Notes: a model not told the origin generated them from the letters alone. Numbered from the stretch's first letter, positions 39,396 to 51,335 are shown. The stretch is 64,000 nt of DNA from Trueperaceae bacterium (GCA_034520945.1 JAXHNB010000006.1:832001-896000), one strand, 5' to 3'. Translations and numbers: made by a program.

Positions 39396-40990
39396 CGGAT
39401 CGTCTCGTCTGGCCCTTCGATCTCGATCGACCAGCCCGGCCCCCCCACCTCTTCGATCAGCGCGGCCAACTCGTCCTGCCGGCGCACCAGCTGCGAGAAG
39501 TGGAAGCGGTGCTTCTCGCCGTAGCGCAAGCGGACGACGCCGTCCGCGACGTGGTCGTCGGCCGGTTGCAGGAACGCCTTGAGCTGGGCGCCGGCCTTGG
39601 ACTTGACCTGATGCCAGCTGAGCTTGTCGGCGCTGGCCGCAGGGGGCGCGGCACGATCCTCCTCCGCCGGGGCCTCGGCCGGGGCGTCCGCCACCTCGGT
39701 GGCTGGCGGGTCCGTGGGGGCCTGGGGCGATGGGTCCGCGGATGCGGACGGCGTGGCGGCCGCCGCGTCGGCGCTCGCCGGCGCCGGTGGGTGTGCTGGG
39801 GGGGCCGCTGCCGGCGCCGCGCCGGCAGGGGCCGCGGTCGAGGCCGCGGGCGGCCGTGCGGCGCGCCCTGTGTCGTCGCGCGCGTCGCCTGCGCCGCCCG
39901 CGGTGGTGCCCTTCGCGACGGCTTCGGCGACGAAGGGGGCGGGCAGATTGCCGGCCGCCGCGTTGCTGGCCTTGAGCAGCGCGGCCTCCAGCGCGTACAG
40001 GTCGCCGTGGCGCTGGAAGCGTTCGAGCTCGTCGTCGAACTGGTGCAGCGTGCGCAGCAGGCCGTCTCGGTCCAGCGGCACGAGGAACGCCCCCTCCTCG
40101 CCCGTGACGTCGGCGACCAACGCGTCGCGCAGGGTGCGGGCGACCTGCTCCGCCACCGTGCGGGGCGAGAAGCCGTCGCGGTACAGCGCGGTCGCCTCGT
40201 CCAACAACGGGGCGAGGTCGGCCGACGCGACGGCGCGGGCGAGCGCCTCCAGTCGCTCCCGTGGGGGAAGGCCCAGGGCGCGCTCGGCGTCGAAGCGGCG
40301 AATCGGCTCCCCGGAGGCCAACAGTCGTTCCAGCAGCGACTCGGCGTCCCGCATCGCGCCGTCCGCGGCGCGGGCGACGAGGGCCAACGCCTCGGGCTCC
40401 GCCTCCACGCCGGCCCCGTCGCAGAGGCCGGCCAGCTTGCCGGTGATCTCCGGGACCGACAGGCGACGGAAGCGGAAATGCTGGCACCGAGACAGCACCG
40501 TCGGCGGCAGCTTTTCTGGTTCCGTCGTGGCCAGAACGAACACCAGGCCGGGCGGGGGCTCCTCCAACGTCTTGAGGAGCGCGTTGGCGGCCGGAGTGGA
40601 CAGCATGTGCGCCTCGTCGAGGATCCAGACCCGCCACCCGCCGTGCAGGGAGGCCAAGCGAACGCGCTCCCGCAGTTCGCGGACGTCCTCGACGGAGTTG
40701 TTGCTGGCCGCGTCCAGCTCGGTGACGTCTGGATGCCTCGCGGCGCGGATCATGGTGCAGCTCTCGCAGTGCCCGCACGGCCGCGCTTCGGGATCGTCCG
40801 CCGCGCAGTTGAGGGCCATCGCCAGAAGGCGCGCGCTGGTGGTCTTGCCCACGCCCCGGGGGCCGGAGAAGAGGTAGGCGTGCGACGTCCTCTCACGGCG
40901 CAACGCCGCGAGAAGGACGTCCTTCACGTGCTCCTGCCCCACGACCTCTTTGAATGTGGCCGGCCGTGCCGACTGGTAGATGGCCTCCAT
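39383..40990 (-). CDS. dnaX: DNA polymerase III gamma/tau subunit (0-frame product, 535 aa)
   Basis: GPRGVGKTT, C..PCGHCESC, ELDAAS, DEAHML, LLKTLEEPP, SRC, G.MRD; TACCAT 7 nt before the ATG. Confidence 0.96.
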   Translation of the reverse strand: MEAIYQSARPATFKEVVGQEHVKDVLLAALRRERTSHAYLFSGPRGVGKTTSARLLAMALNCAADDPEARPCGHCESCTMIRAARHPDVTELDAASNNSVEDVRELRERVRLASLHGGWRVWILDEAHMLSTPAANALLKTLEEPPPGLVFVLATTEPEKLPPTVLSRCQHFRFRRLSVPEITGKLAGLCDGAGVEAEPEALALVARAADGAMRDAESLLERLLASGEPIRRFDAERALGLPPRERLEALARAVASADLAPLLDEATALYRDGFSPRTVAEQVARTLRDALVADVTGEEGAFLVPLDRDGLLRTLHQFDDELERFQRHGDLYALEAALLKASNAAAGNLPAPFVAEAVAKGTTAGGAGDARDDTGRAARPPAASTAAPAGAAPAAAPPAHPPAPASADAAAATPSASADPSPQAPTDPPATEVADAPAEAPAEEDRAAPPAASADKLSWHQVKSKAGAQLKAFLQPADDHVADGVVRLRYGEKHRFHFSQLVRRQDELAALIEEVGGPGWSIEIEGPDETIRKKA

Positions 40991-41046
40991 CCGAGGCATG
41001 GTACCACCGGCCAGTCGGGGCCCCATTCGTCGTAGGATGGCGGATC

Positions 41047-41922
41047 ATGGCAGCGATGACGCCTTCGGGACCCGGGCTGGCGTTGGGGGGTGGGACGGCA
41101 CGCGGCATGGCCCACATCGGCGCGCTCAAGGCGCTCGAGGCGGCCGGCGAGCCCCCCGAGGCCTTGGCCGGGACCAGCTCGGGTGCGATCATTGCCGCCA
41201 TGTATGCCCTGGGGGCCCCCGCGCTCGAGATCGAACGCGTCGTGCGCCGGCAGAACGTGATGGAGTTGTGGGCGCAAGCGTTCGACTTCGGCCTGCACCG
41301 CGCCGCGCTGGTGCACGGCGAGCGGTTCACCCGCTGGCTGGACCGCAAGATCTTCTTCGGTGCGCGCATCGAGGACACGGAACGACCGCTCGTCATCGCC
41401 GCCACCGACCTGCTTCGGGGGCACACGGTGGCCCTGCGGAGCGGCTCGGTCGCCGAGGCGGTGCGCGCATCGTGCGCCCTGCCCGGGCTGTTCGCACCGG
41501 TGGAGCGGGACGGCCGGCACCTGGTCGACGGCGGGTTCGCCGAGCCGGTCCCGTTCGCCGCGTTGGCCGCGCTCGAGCCCGCTCGCATGGTCGGCATCCA
41601 CACCGGATTGGACCTGTCGGGGTCGAAGACGCTGCGGGTCTTGCGGCGACTGGACGCCAGCGGCCTCGGCCGCACGCTGCACGACCGCGCGGGGCGCGTG
41701 CGCGGCCGGAACCCGTGGAGCCGCCTGTTCGTCGGGTTGTCGCTCTCGCTTCGGAGCTACCGGCACGACCCCCGCGCGCCCGAGGGCGCAGACCTGGTGA
41801 TCGTGGCGCCCCCCGTCGCCTGGTGGGACTTCCACCGCTCGCCCGTGGCGATCGGGGCGGGCGAGGCGGCGGTCGAGGCCTGGCTGGCCGCGCGGGACGC
41901 CGTGGAGGTGCCTGCAGGGTGA
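41047..41922 (+). CDS. Patatin-like phospholipase
   Basis: GGGTARG, GTSSG, DGG motifs. Confidence 0.9.
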   Translation: MAAMTPSGPGLALGGGTARGMAHIGALKALEAAGEPPEALAGTSSGAIIAAMYALGAPALEIERVVRRQNVMELWAQAFDFGLHRAALVHGERFTRWLDRKIFFGARIEDTERPLVIAATDLLRGHTVALRSGSVAEAVRASCALPGLFAPVERDGRHLVDGGFAEPVPFAALAALEPARMVGIHTGLDLSGSKTLRVLRRLDASGLGRTLHDRAGRVRGRNPWSRLFVGLSLSLRSYRHDPRAPEGADLVIVAPPVAWWDFHRSPVAIGAGEAAVEAWLAARDAVEVPAG

Positions 41923-43088
41923 GCGTGCTGTACCTGCTCGAAGGCGACGTGCCCTGGTGGGACGCGTTGCAGCGCGCGTCCCGAGGCGGCGCCGAGGCGC
42001 ACGCGGCGTATGCCGCCGTGCTGCGGGCCTGCGTGGACGTGGGTGCGGAGGACGCCTACGTGGCGGTGGCCGACGCCCTGGTGTATGGCGCGTCGTCCGC
42101 CTGGGCCCGCGCCCGGGTTGCCGACGGCGTGCGGCGCGCGCTGGCTCACGACGTCGGCACGCTGCGCGAGGCCACGCGGGCGGTATCGCGCACCGGTGCC
42201 CACGATCGCGTGCCGCTGCGGGCATTGGCGCCCCCGGCCGCGCCGCTCCTCGGTGACATCGCGTCGTCGTTGCGCGGCGAAGCGACGGACGACGCGGTCG
42301 TGGCGGAGGTGTGCCGCGTGCGCCTGGAAACCGGAGGCGGACCGCTGGGCCGCCACCGGGCGTATCAATGGGACGGCGAACGGCTCTTGGGCGTGCGGCG
42401 GCCCGACCCGGTGGACCCCGGTGGCCTGCACGGCCTGGACGCGCAGCTCGCCAAGCTGACCGCCAACACGGAGGCATTCCTACGCGGGGAGCCGGCCATG
42501 CACGCGCTGTTGTACGGGCCGCGGGGCAGCGGCAAGTCGACGGTGGTGCGCGGCCTGCTGAGCCGGTTCGCGCCGGAGGGGCTTCGGCTGGTGGCGCTCC
42601 CGGCGCATGCGCTGCGGGACCTCGGCACCGTCGTACAGCAGCTCCAGGATCGGCCGGAACGATTCCTGGTGTTCGTGGACGACCTGTCGTTCGACGCGGG
42701 CGACGACCGCTATCACCCGCTGAAGAGCCTTCTGGAGGGCGGCATCGAGGCGCAGCCGGACAACGTGCGGTTGATCGCGACCAGCAATCGTCGCCATTTG
42801 GTCCAGGAGCGCCTGCGGGACAGGCCCGACCCGCTGGACGACGACGTGCACGGGTGGGACACGCATCATGAGCGCTTGGCGCTGGCCGACCGGTTCGGGT
42901 TGCTGGTCACGTTTCCGGACGCCGACCGCCGGCGCTACCTCGACATCGTGCAGCACCTGGTCGCGGTCGAGGGGGTGGACGCGGATGACCTGGAGGGGCG
43001 GGCGGATCGGTTCGCGCGGCACGGGAACGGGTACTCGGGCCGGACCGCCCGGCAGTTCGTCGATGCCGTGCGTGCTGGCTTGGCCTGA
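41919..43088 (+). CDS. DUF815-family AAA+ ATPase
   Basis: NTE.F, GPRGSGKS, FVDDLSF, LKSLLEG, ATSNRRHL, L.DRFG, SGRTARQF. Confidence 0.9.
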   Translation: MSVLYLLEGDVPWWDALQRASRGGAEAHAAYAAVLRACVDVGAEDAYVAVADALVYGASSAWARARVADGVRRALAHDVGTLREATRAVSRTGAHDRVPLRALAPPAAPLLGDIASSLRGEATDDAVVAEVCRVRLETGGGPLGRHRAYQWDGERLLGVRRPDPVDPGGLHGLDAQLAKLTANTEAFLRGEPAMHALLYGPRGSGKSTVVRGLLSRFAPEGLRLVALPAHALRDLGTVVQQLQDRPERFLVFVDDLSFDAGDDRYHPLKSLLEGGIEAQPDNVRLIATSNRRHLVQERLRDRPDPLDDDVHGWDTHHERLALADRFGLLVTFPDADRRRYLDIVQHLVAVEGVDADDLEGRADRFARHGNGYSGRTARQFVDAVRAGLA

Positions 43089-43102
43089 GCGTTCCGGCGT
43101 GC

Positions 43103-44377
43103 CTACGCCATGGTTCGTGCCGGCCGCAGGAACGGCGCGGCCAAGGCGACGGCCGCCGGCAGCGCGGCGGAGAGGATGAGCGTGGCGGCGTGACCGCCGG
43201 CTAGGTCGAACCCGAGCGCGAACACCCACGGTCCGAACGCGGTGCCCGCGATGGAGACGGTGGTGGCCACGCCCTTGATGGCACCGTAGTGCCTGCGGCC
43301 GAAGTAGTGGGCGTACACCCCCGCCTGCAACGCGGCGTGCATGCCCTGGGCGCTCCCCAGGAACGCCCCGTACAGCAGGACCTGCGTCGGGGTGGCGACG
43401 AACGCCGCGCCGAGCAACGAGGCCAGCAACAGGAGCTGGTCGGCGCTGAGCAGGAAGCGGGGGGCGACCCGGTCCATCAGGTAGCCCGACGCCAGGTTGG
43501 CGCTGGCCATGATCACGCCGAACGCTACGAACATCGTCGCCGCTTCGGTGCGCGCCAGTCCGTTGCCGGCCATGATGGCGTAGTGGTGGAACACCAACCC
43601 GGTCCCGAGCGCCGACATGGCGAACCCACCCGCCACGTACAGCCAAAAGGTCATGGTGCGGGCGGCGGCGCGTGCGGTGAGCGCGGGTTCGTCGACGGCT
43701 TCGGCCGCCTCGGGGTCGCCGGCGTCACCGTCGGGCCGCAGGCCGAACGTCTCCGGATTGGACCGGAACAGGCCTACGCCCACCGGCACCAGCGTGACCA
43801 GCACCAGCGCCCCCAGGATCAGGTAGGCGCTTCGCCAGGTGCCCCACGACAACAGCAGCTCGATCAGCGGGGGGAACGCGGCCGTGCCGAGCGCGATGCC
43901 GAGACCGGCGGTGCCGACGGCCAGGCCACGGCGCCGCACGAACCACTGATTCACGGCGTGCAAGCTCACCAGCTGAAGCGATCCCTGCCCCAGCAGGCGG
44001 ATCAAGGTGAACCCCAGCAGGAGCGTGAGGGGCCCCACCACCAGCGCCATGCCCATGCAGGCGAGGGCGAAGGTCACGCCGACCACGCCGATCCCGATTC
44101 GCGCGCCGAACCGGTCGATGGCGCGACCGACGAAGGTGAGCGACGAGGCGCCTGCCAGGGTGGCGATGGCGTACAGGAGCGACACCTGCGTCCGCGAGAC
44201 GGCGAGGTCCGCGATGATGGCGTCCAGGAACACGGAGATGCCGGCCGTCTGTCCCGGCAGCGTCATGAACATGCCGAACGTGCCGGTGGCCAGCACCACC
44301 CAGCCGTAGTAGAACGGCGTGCGCCGAATCGTGCGGCTGGTGCGGGGTGGGGTGGGGGCCGGGTCGGGGGGCGTCAC
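43103..44377 (-). CDS. MFS transporter
   Basis: About 12 TM helices; FYYGW, GRAIDRFGAR motif A, WF.RRRG.A, YFGR. Confidence 0.92.
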   Translation of the reverse strand: MTPPDPAPTPPRTSRTIRRTPFYYGWVVLATGTFGMFMTLPGQTAGISVFLDAIIADLAVSRTQVSLLYAIATLAGASSLTFVGRAIDRFGARIGIGVVGVTFALACMGMALVVGPLTLLLGFTLIRLLGQGSLQLVSLHAVNQWFVRRRGLAVGTAGLGIALGTAAFPPLIELLLSWGTWRSAYLILGALVLVTLVPVGVGLFRSNPETFGLRPDGDAGDPEAAEAVDEPALTARAAARTMTFWLYVAGGFAMSALGTGLVFHHYAIMAGNGLARTEAATMFVAFGVIMASANLASGYLMDRVAPRFLLSADQLLLLASLLGAAFVATPTQVLLYGAFLGSAQGMHAALQAGVYAHYFGRRHYGAIKGVATTVSIAGTAFGPWVFALGFDLAGGHAATLILSAALPAAVALAAPFLRPARTMA

Positions 44378-44464
44378 GGCCCTAGCCTACGCGGCCGGCC
44401 GGCGGCCGGGCCGTGGGCGCGGGGACGATGTCCCGACGCGGGCGCCGAGTCGGACGTTGCGACG

Positions 44465-45325
44465 TCAGGTCGCCAGGTGCGGGTCGGCGATGTCGCGGAA
44501 GCCGTCGCCCAGCAGGTTGAAGGCCAGCACCGCCAACAGGATCGCGATGCCGGGGAACACCGCCACCCACCAGGCGCTGGTCAGGTAGTCCAGGCCGGTT
44601 CGGATCATGTTGCCCCAGGTCGGCGTGGGCGGGGAGACGCCGAGCCCTAGGAAGCTCAGGTTGGCCTCCAGCCGAATCGCGGTGCCCATCCACAGCGAGC
44701 CCATCACCAGCAGTTCGCCCGCGATGTTGGGCAGCACGTGCCGAAGCAGGATGCGCCAGCGCCGCGCCCCCATCGACTGCGCGGCGGTGATGAACTCGCG
44801 CTCGGACAGCGCCAGGGTCGGGCCGTGGCTGAGCCGAATGAAGCGCGGCGTCATCAGCAGGCCGATCGCCACGATCAGGTTGGTCAGGCCGGTGCCGATC
44901 GCGACCATCACCATGATGCCGAACACCTCGTCGGGGAACGACATCATCACGTCGGTGGCGCGCATGATCAGCGTCTCGACGCGGCCGCGCAGGTAGCCGG
45001 CGACCATGCCGAGCACGACGCCGAGCACCATGCCGATCGCCACCGAGGCGATGCCGACCAACAACGAGACGCGCGCGCCGTGCAGCACGCGACTGAGGAC
45101 GTCGCGCCCGAAGAAGTCGGAGCCGAGGAGGTGCGTGCCGCCCGGGTCGGTGAAGCGGCTGGCGATGCCTTGCTGCAGCGGATCGTACGGGGCGATCCAC
45201 GGCGCCGCCAGCGCCAGCGTCACCATCAGGGCCACCATCACGGCCCCGACGCCCGCCAGGCGGTTGCGGCGGAAGGCGCGCCAGGTGCGGTTCTGGCTGG
45301 GCTGGGGAGCGTTGGCGGTCGACAC
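44465..45325 (-). CDS. Peptide/nickel ABC transporter permease (DppC-like)
   Basis: HLLGSD..GRD, EFITAAQSMGA EAA loop, LSFLGLG..PP.PTWG. Confidence 0.93.
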   Translation of the reverse strand: MSTANAPQPSQNRTWRAFRRNRLAGVGAVMVALMVTLALAAPWIAPYDPLQQGIASRFTDPGGTHLLGSDFFGRDVLSRVLHGARVSLLVGIASVAIGMVLGVVLGMVAGYLRGRVETLIMRATDVMMSFPDEVFGIMVMVAIGTGLTNLIVAIGLLMTPRFIRLSHGPTLALSEREFITAAQSMGARRWRILLRHVLPNIAGELLVMGSLWMGTAIRLEANLSFLGLGVSPPTPTWGNMIRTGLDYLTSAWWVAVFPGIAILLAVLAFNLLGDGFRDIADPHLAT

Positions 45326-45343
45326 GGCGGTCCTCCAGGGAGC

Positions 45344-46285
45344 CTAGTCGTAGCGGATGTTCGGGTCGGCCACGGCGTAGGCGAGGTCCGTGACCAGGTT
45401 GACGAAGACGACGAACACGGCGTAGATCACCATCACGGACTGCAGGGTGATGTAGTCACGCTGCAGCATCGCGCCGACCAGCAACCGTCCCAGGCCGGGC
45501 CGCGAGAACACCACCTCGACCACCAGCGAGCCACCGGTGAGCACGATCGAGTAGATGCCCGCGATCGAAATGATGGGCACGAAGGCGTTGCGCAGGACGT
45601 GCTTGTACACCACCGAACGTTGCTGCAGCCCCTTCGAGCGCGCCGTTCTGATGTAGTCCTCGCCGAGAACGTTCAGAACGGACGAGCGCGTCAGGCGCGT
45701 CACGTAGGCGGTCATGATCAGGCCCAGCGTGACGGCGGGCAGCACCAGGTGTCGCAGGGCGCTCACGGGGTCCTGCAAGTCGCCGCCGCCCACGGCCGGC
45801 AGCAACCCGAGCCGGACCGAGAACAACAGGATCAGCAGGATGCCGAGAAAGAAACTCGGGAACGACAACCCGACCAGCGACAGGGTTCGGACGAGGTAAT
45901 CGGCCGCGGTGTTGCGCCGCAAGGCGGTGAAGATGCCGAGCGGGATGCCGACGACCAAGCCCAGCACGATGCCCGACAGCGTCAACTGGACCGTGTACGG
46001 CAGCGCGTTGCCGATCTGGCGGGCGACGGGCACGCCGGAGATCATGGAGTTGCCCAGGTCGCCGGTGGCCAGGCCTTTGAGGAAATCGGCGTACTGCGCG
46101 TACAGCGGTTGGTCGAGGCCCATGCGTTCCCGTAGCGCCTCGACCGCGGCTTGGGAGGCGTAGTCGCCGAGCACCGCCCGGGCGGGATCGCCCGGGGCGA
46201 CGCGCACCACCATGAACACCAGCGTCAGCACCACCAACAGGGTGGGGACGGCGATGGCGAGCCTGCGGAGGGCGAAGGTGAACAC
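45344..46285 (-). CDS. Peptide/nickel ABC transporter permease (DppB-like)
   Basis: PGDPA, GLDQP..QY, DYIRTARSKG, E.VFS.PGLG, RDY, DP.IR. Confidence 0.94.
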   Translation of the reverse strand: MFTFALRRLAIAVPTLLVVLTLVFMVVRVAPGDPARAVLGDYASQAAVEALRERMGLDQPLYAQYADFLKGLATGDLGNSMISGVPVARQIGNALPYTVQLTLSGIVLGLVVGIPLGIFTALRRNTAADYLVRTLSLVGLSFPSFFLGILLILLFSVRLGLLPAVGGGDLQDPVSALRHLVLPAVTLGLIMTAYVTRLTRSSVLNVLGEDYIRTARSKGLQQRSVVYKHVLRNAFVPIISIAGIYSIVLTGGSLVVEVVFSRPGLGRLLVGAMLQRDYITLQSVMVIYAVFVVFVNLVTDLAYAVADPNIRYD

Positions 46286-46325
46286 GAAGAATGCTCCGCG
46301 GAATGCGTGGCGTGGCGGCTAGGTA

Positions 46326-46350
46326 GGGGAGGGCGCAAACCACCCTCCCC
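46326..46350. terminator. Intercistronic hairpin after the solute-binding protein gene
   Basis: GGGGAGGG-cgcaaacca-CCCTCCCC. Confidence 0.45.
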
Positions 46351-46374
46351 GAGCGTCAGCGTCTGGCGTGCGCC

Positions 46375-47994
46375 TTACTGCAGCGAGGTCTGCTCGTTGA
46401 TCTGCGGGTACAGCGCCAGGGTCGAGTCGATCTCGTAGCCGAAGTCGACGTTCGTGTTCCGCGCGAACACCAGCTTCTTGATGTACAGCGGGTAGGCCAC
46501 CGCCCAGTCCAGGATGTCGAGCTGGGCCTCCCGCCAGGCGTCGGCCTGCGCGTCGGCGTCGAGCTCGCCGCGGGCCCGTTCGATGATGGCGTCGATCGAC
46601 TCCACGTCGCCGTCGCCGTTCAGGTCGGTCTCGCCGAGGTGCGAGAAGTTGGTGTCGGGGCTGTCGCCCGTCACCACGGCCGAATCGCTGTGATAGAAGC
46701 GCGTCAGGAACACGTCCGCGTTCGGGCGCCACGCGATGTACAGCACGATCTGGTTGGCGTCCTCGCGGATCAAGGTGTGCATGGTGGAGTGGTCGACCAC
46801 GCGAAGGTCGAGCTGCACCCCGCACTGCGTCAACTGCGATTGCAGGTTCTGCATCGGCGCCAGGTAGGAGGCGCGTTCCGATACCACGACCTCGGTGGTG
46901 AATCCCTCGGCGCCGGCGTCGGCGAGGGCTTGGCTGGCCGCCTCACGGTCGAGCGGGTACAGCAGACCTTCCGCGCCGACCTCCTCTTCGGTCATGCCGC
47001 CCGCCAGAAGCGGCGGAACCGGCGATACGAGCGGGTCGGTGACGGTCTCGCCGACGGTGGCGCGCACCAAGCTGCGGTCGATGCAGCGTGCCAGCGCCCG
47101 CCGTACCTCCAGCTGCCCCAGCGGTTCGGTGCTGGTGTCGAAGTGCAGGGTGGCCGTCTCGCCGGGACCGAAGACCATCACTTCGCCCACCTCGCGGTCC
47201 TGCATCGATTCGACCCACGGTTGTTCGGGCGGCCCTTCGATCACGTCCAGTTCACCCGTTTCCAGGCCGGCCTCGCGCGAGGAGACGCTGGGCATGTAGC
47301 GCACGGTGACGCCGTCGAGTTTGGGCTCACCGCGGAAGTACGCCTCGTTCGCGGTGAGGCGGGTCTCCTGTTGCGGCACGTAGTTGCTGAACATGAACGG
47401 GCCCGTCCCGACCGGGTTCGACGCGAACGCTTCCTGGCCGAGGTCCTCGGCCGCCTGCTGGCACACCACGAAGCCGCCGGAGTAGTCCGCGACCTTCGGC
47501 AGCATCAACGATTCGGACACGGGCTGGGGCACGCTGATCTCGACCGTGTACGGGCCGGTTGCTTCAAAACTCATCCCTTGGTACTCGCCGGCATAGGCCG
47601 AGGTATCGGGATCGGCCGCCTTGCGCAGCGAGTAGACGACGTCCTGGGAGGTCAGCTCGTAGCCGTCGTTGCCGTTCCACGGGTGGCACTGCACCCCCTC
47701 GCGCAGGTGGAACGTCCAGGTGAGCCCATCACTGGAGACGTCCCAGGCGACGGCGAGGTCGGGTTCGAAGGTCGTGATGTCGCCCGGGCGGTACCGCACC
47801 AGGCCGTTGAACACCATGTCCGCCACGGCGCGGTCCTGCGTGGCGGCGGCGAAGTGGGGATCGGCGGTCGTGAGGTCCGAGGCGTCGAACGCGATCGACA
47901 GTTGGTCGTCCTCTTGGGCGAACGACGCGCTGCCCAGCGCGACGAGCGCCACGCTCAGCATCGTGACGAGGGACCTGAACAGGCGTACAGACAT
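46375..47994 (-). CDS. ABC transporter substrate-binding protein, family 5
   Basis: Signal peptide (ASFA|Q); PDLA..W..S.DG.TWTF.LR.GV; PVGTGPF; very acidic. Confidence 0.92.
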   Translation of the reverse strand: MSVRLFRSLVTMLSVALVALGSASFAQEDDQLSIAFDASDLTTADPHFAAATQDRAVADMVFNGLVRYRPGDITTFEPDLAVAWDVSSDGLTWTFHLREGVQCHPWNGNDGYELTSQDVVYSLRKAADPDTSAYAGEYQGMSFEATGPYTVEISVPQPVSESLMLPKVADYSGGFVVCQQAAEDLGQEAFASNPVGTGPFMFSNYVPQQETRLTANEAYFRGEPKLDGVTVRYMPSVSSREAGLETGELDVIEGPPEQPWVESMQDREVGEVMVFGPGETATLHFDTSTEPLGQLEVRRALARCIDRSLVRATVGETVTDPLVSPVPPLLAGGMTEEEVGAEGLLYPLDREAASQALADAGAEGFTTEVVVSERASYLAPMQNLQSQLTQCGVQLDLRVVDHSTMHTLIREDANQIVLYIAWRPNADVFLTRFYHSDSAVVTGDSPDTNFSHLGETDLNGDGDVESIDAIIERARGELDADAQADAWREAQLDILDWAVAYPLYIKKLVFARNTNVDFGYEIDSTLALYPQINEQTSLQ

Positions 47995-48189
47995 GAAGCG
48001 TCACCTCCGAATCGCAGGTTGCTCCCGGGTGCGGCGTCCTAGCACCGTACATCGGACGCTGAAGCGCCCCATGGGATGGAGGTACCGCGTCGCGAGAGCG
48101 TTGATGTGCGTACATGGCGAATCTATGTGTCTGGGCCGCGTGCGGATGTCGGGTGCGCGACGCCGCTTGGGGCGCGTCGCGCCGCGTCT

Positions 48190-48954
48190 TCAGCGGGACC
48201 GACCGGCGGATGCGCCCAACACGAGCCTCACGAAGCGAACCAGGCGAGGGGCGCGGTGCCACCGCTTGGGGTCGAGCCCCACCCGCCACGCCCACTCCAG
48301 CCCCGCGCGCCGCGTCCACGCCGGCGTGCGGTGCGCGGTGCCGGCCAGCACGTCCAAGGTGCCGCCCACGCCGATCGCGGCACAGGCCCCGAGCGCATGC
48401 TCGTGCGCGGCGAGGAACGTCTCTTGTCGTTCGCCCAGACCGGCCAGCACCAGGTTGGCGCGGCTGGCGCCCACCGCCTCGGCGACGGTGGCTGCTTCCT
48501 CTGGTGCGAAGTAGCCGTCGCGCACGCCGGCGACGCGGACGCCGTAGCGCCCGACCGCTACCTGGGCGGCGGCCTCCGCGACGCCGGGGCGCCCGCCCAG
48601 GAAGTACACGCGGAGCGCGTCCGCGCCGCGCCGGAGCGTGCCCTCCACCAGGTCGACGCCCGGCACCCGGCCCGGGATGCGCACGCCGCCGCGGCGGGCC
48701 GCCCACACCATGCCGACGCCGTCGGCCACGCACAGATCGGCCGTGTCGATCGCGCGCGCCAGCGCCTCGTCGGCGCGGGCGCGCACCACGAGTTCCGGAT
48801 TCAGGGTGACCGCGCGGGAAAAACGCCCTGCGCGGCTCAGCCGCAGAAGGCGATTCGAGGCTTCGTTTAAATCGACCAGGTCCAGCGGGTGCCCCAGGAC
48901 GCGGGCGCGCGGACCGTCCTCGGGCGCTTCGCTCGTCTGGGCGTCACCCGCCAT
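48190..48954 (-). CDS. WecB/TagA/CpsF glycosyltransferase
   Basis: TLNPE, ADGVG, RVPGVDL, QE, GVGG..D, R.P, LEW.WR. Confidence 0.92.
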   Translation of the reverse strand: MAGDAQTSEAPEDGPRARVLGHPLDLVDLNEASNRLLRLSRAGRFSRAVTLNPELVVRARADEALARAIDTADLCVADGVGMVWAARRGGVRIPGRVPGVDLVEGTLRRGADALRVYFLGGRPGVAEAAAQVAVGRYGVRVAGVRDGYFAPEEAATVAEAVGASRANLVLAGLGERQETFLAAHEHALGACAAIGVGGTLDVLAGTAHRTPAWTRRAGLEWAWRVGLDPKRWHRAPRLVRFVRLVLGASAGRSR

Positions 48955-49744
48955 GGCAGGACGCGGGCCGGAACGGGTACAGGACGCCCCCGTGCACCCG
49001 TTCCGGGTCGTCCATGCGCGGCACGGTCCGTGAACGGTCGAGGTCGGCGGCGAAGCCGATGTCGCGTTCCAGTCCCAGACCGCGCAGATAGGCCGCAGCA
49101 CGCGACGCCCACAGTGCGGTGAGCGGGTCGGCGTAGCTCTGGACGGCGGAGAGGGCCAGGCGCGTCGCGCCGGTCGGCCGCAACGCGGCGTGCCGTCGCA
49201 TCATGCCGTCCGCCAGCAGGCCCGCCGTGACCAGGTCGTCCAGGTCGGGCTCTCCGCTGAAGCCGCAGCACACCAGGTCGACGCGGGTGCGCACCTTCGC
49301 GATCGCCCAATCGCAGACGGCGTCGAGGTTCACCATCGATCCCAACGCCACCGCGCGCGCATCGGACAGGTAGGTGAGGGCCTCCGGGGCGTTCTCGGAC
49401 ACCATGATCGCGTCGTGGCCCGAGAGGTCGCATTGCGCGAGCGTGACCGGCGAATTGCCGTAGTTGAACCCTTCGGGCGGCACGCCGCGGCGTTCGCCGA
49501 CCAGCAGGTCGCCCCGTGCCGCGGCGGCCCGACGCGCCACACGGAGGCTGGGGGAGAGCCGCACCGCCGCCAGCCCCTGATCGAACAGGACCGGCACGGT
49601 GGTGGTGGTCCGCAGGACGTCCACGACGATCACGACGTCCGTGTACGGCGACGCGCCCTCGAGGTCGGCGCGCGCGGGCAGCAGGTCGACGTTCACGACG
49701 GGGGTCGTGGCTGCGCTGGAAGGGGCCGGAGCAGGCTCGGACAC
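48944..49744 (-). CDS. comB: 2-phosphosulfolactate phosphatase-family protein (ComB-like)
   Basis: [24 protein letters not shown]. Confidence 0.82.
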   Translation of the reverse strand: MSEPAPAPSSAATTPVVNVDLLPARADLEGASPYTDVVIVVDVLRTTTTVPVLFDQGLAAVRLSPSLRVARRAAAARGDLLVGERRGVPPEGFNYGNSPVTLAQCDLSGHDAIMVSENAPEALTYLSDARAVALGSMVNLDAVCDWAIAKVRTRVDLVCCGFSGEPDLDDLVTAGLLADGMMRRHAALRPTGATRLALSAVQSYADPLTALWASRAAAYLRGLGLERDIGFAADLDRSRTVPRMDDPERVHGGVLYPFRPASCHGG

Positions 49745-49901
49745 GGGCGGGAGGATAGCACGCGCCCGCCCTCTGGCGCCCCCGTGCGGCCCTCGGCGGC
49801 ACGCGACACGACGTTCGTCCCTGGTCGGGCGGGGGGGTCCTGCGCCATGCTGGGACGATCAGCGCGGATGGACCGGCTCCGCGAACGAAACGGGGGTAGG
49901 C

Positions 49902-51327
<1,426 letters not shown>

Positions 51328-51335
<8 letters not shown>

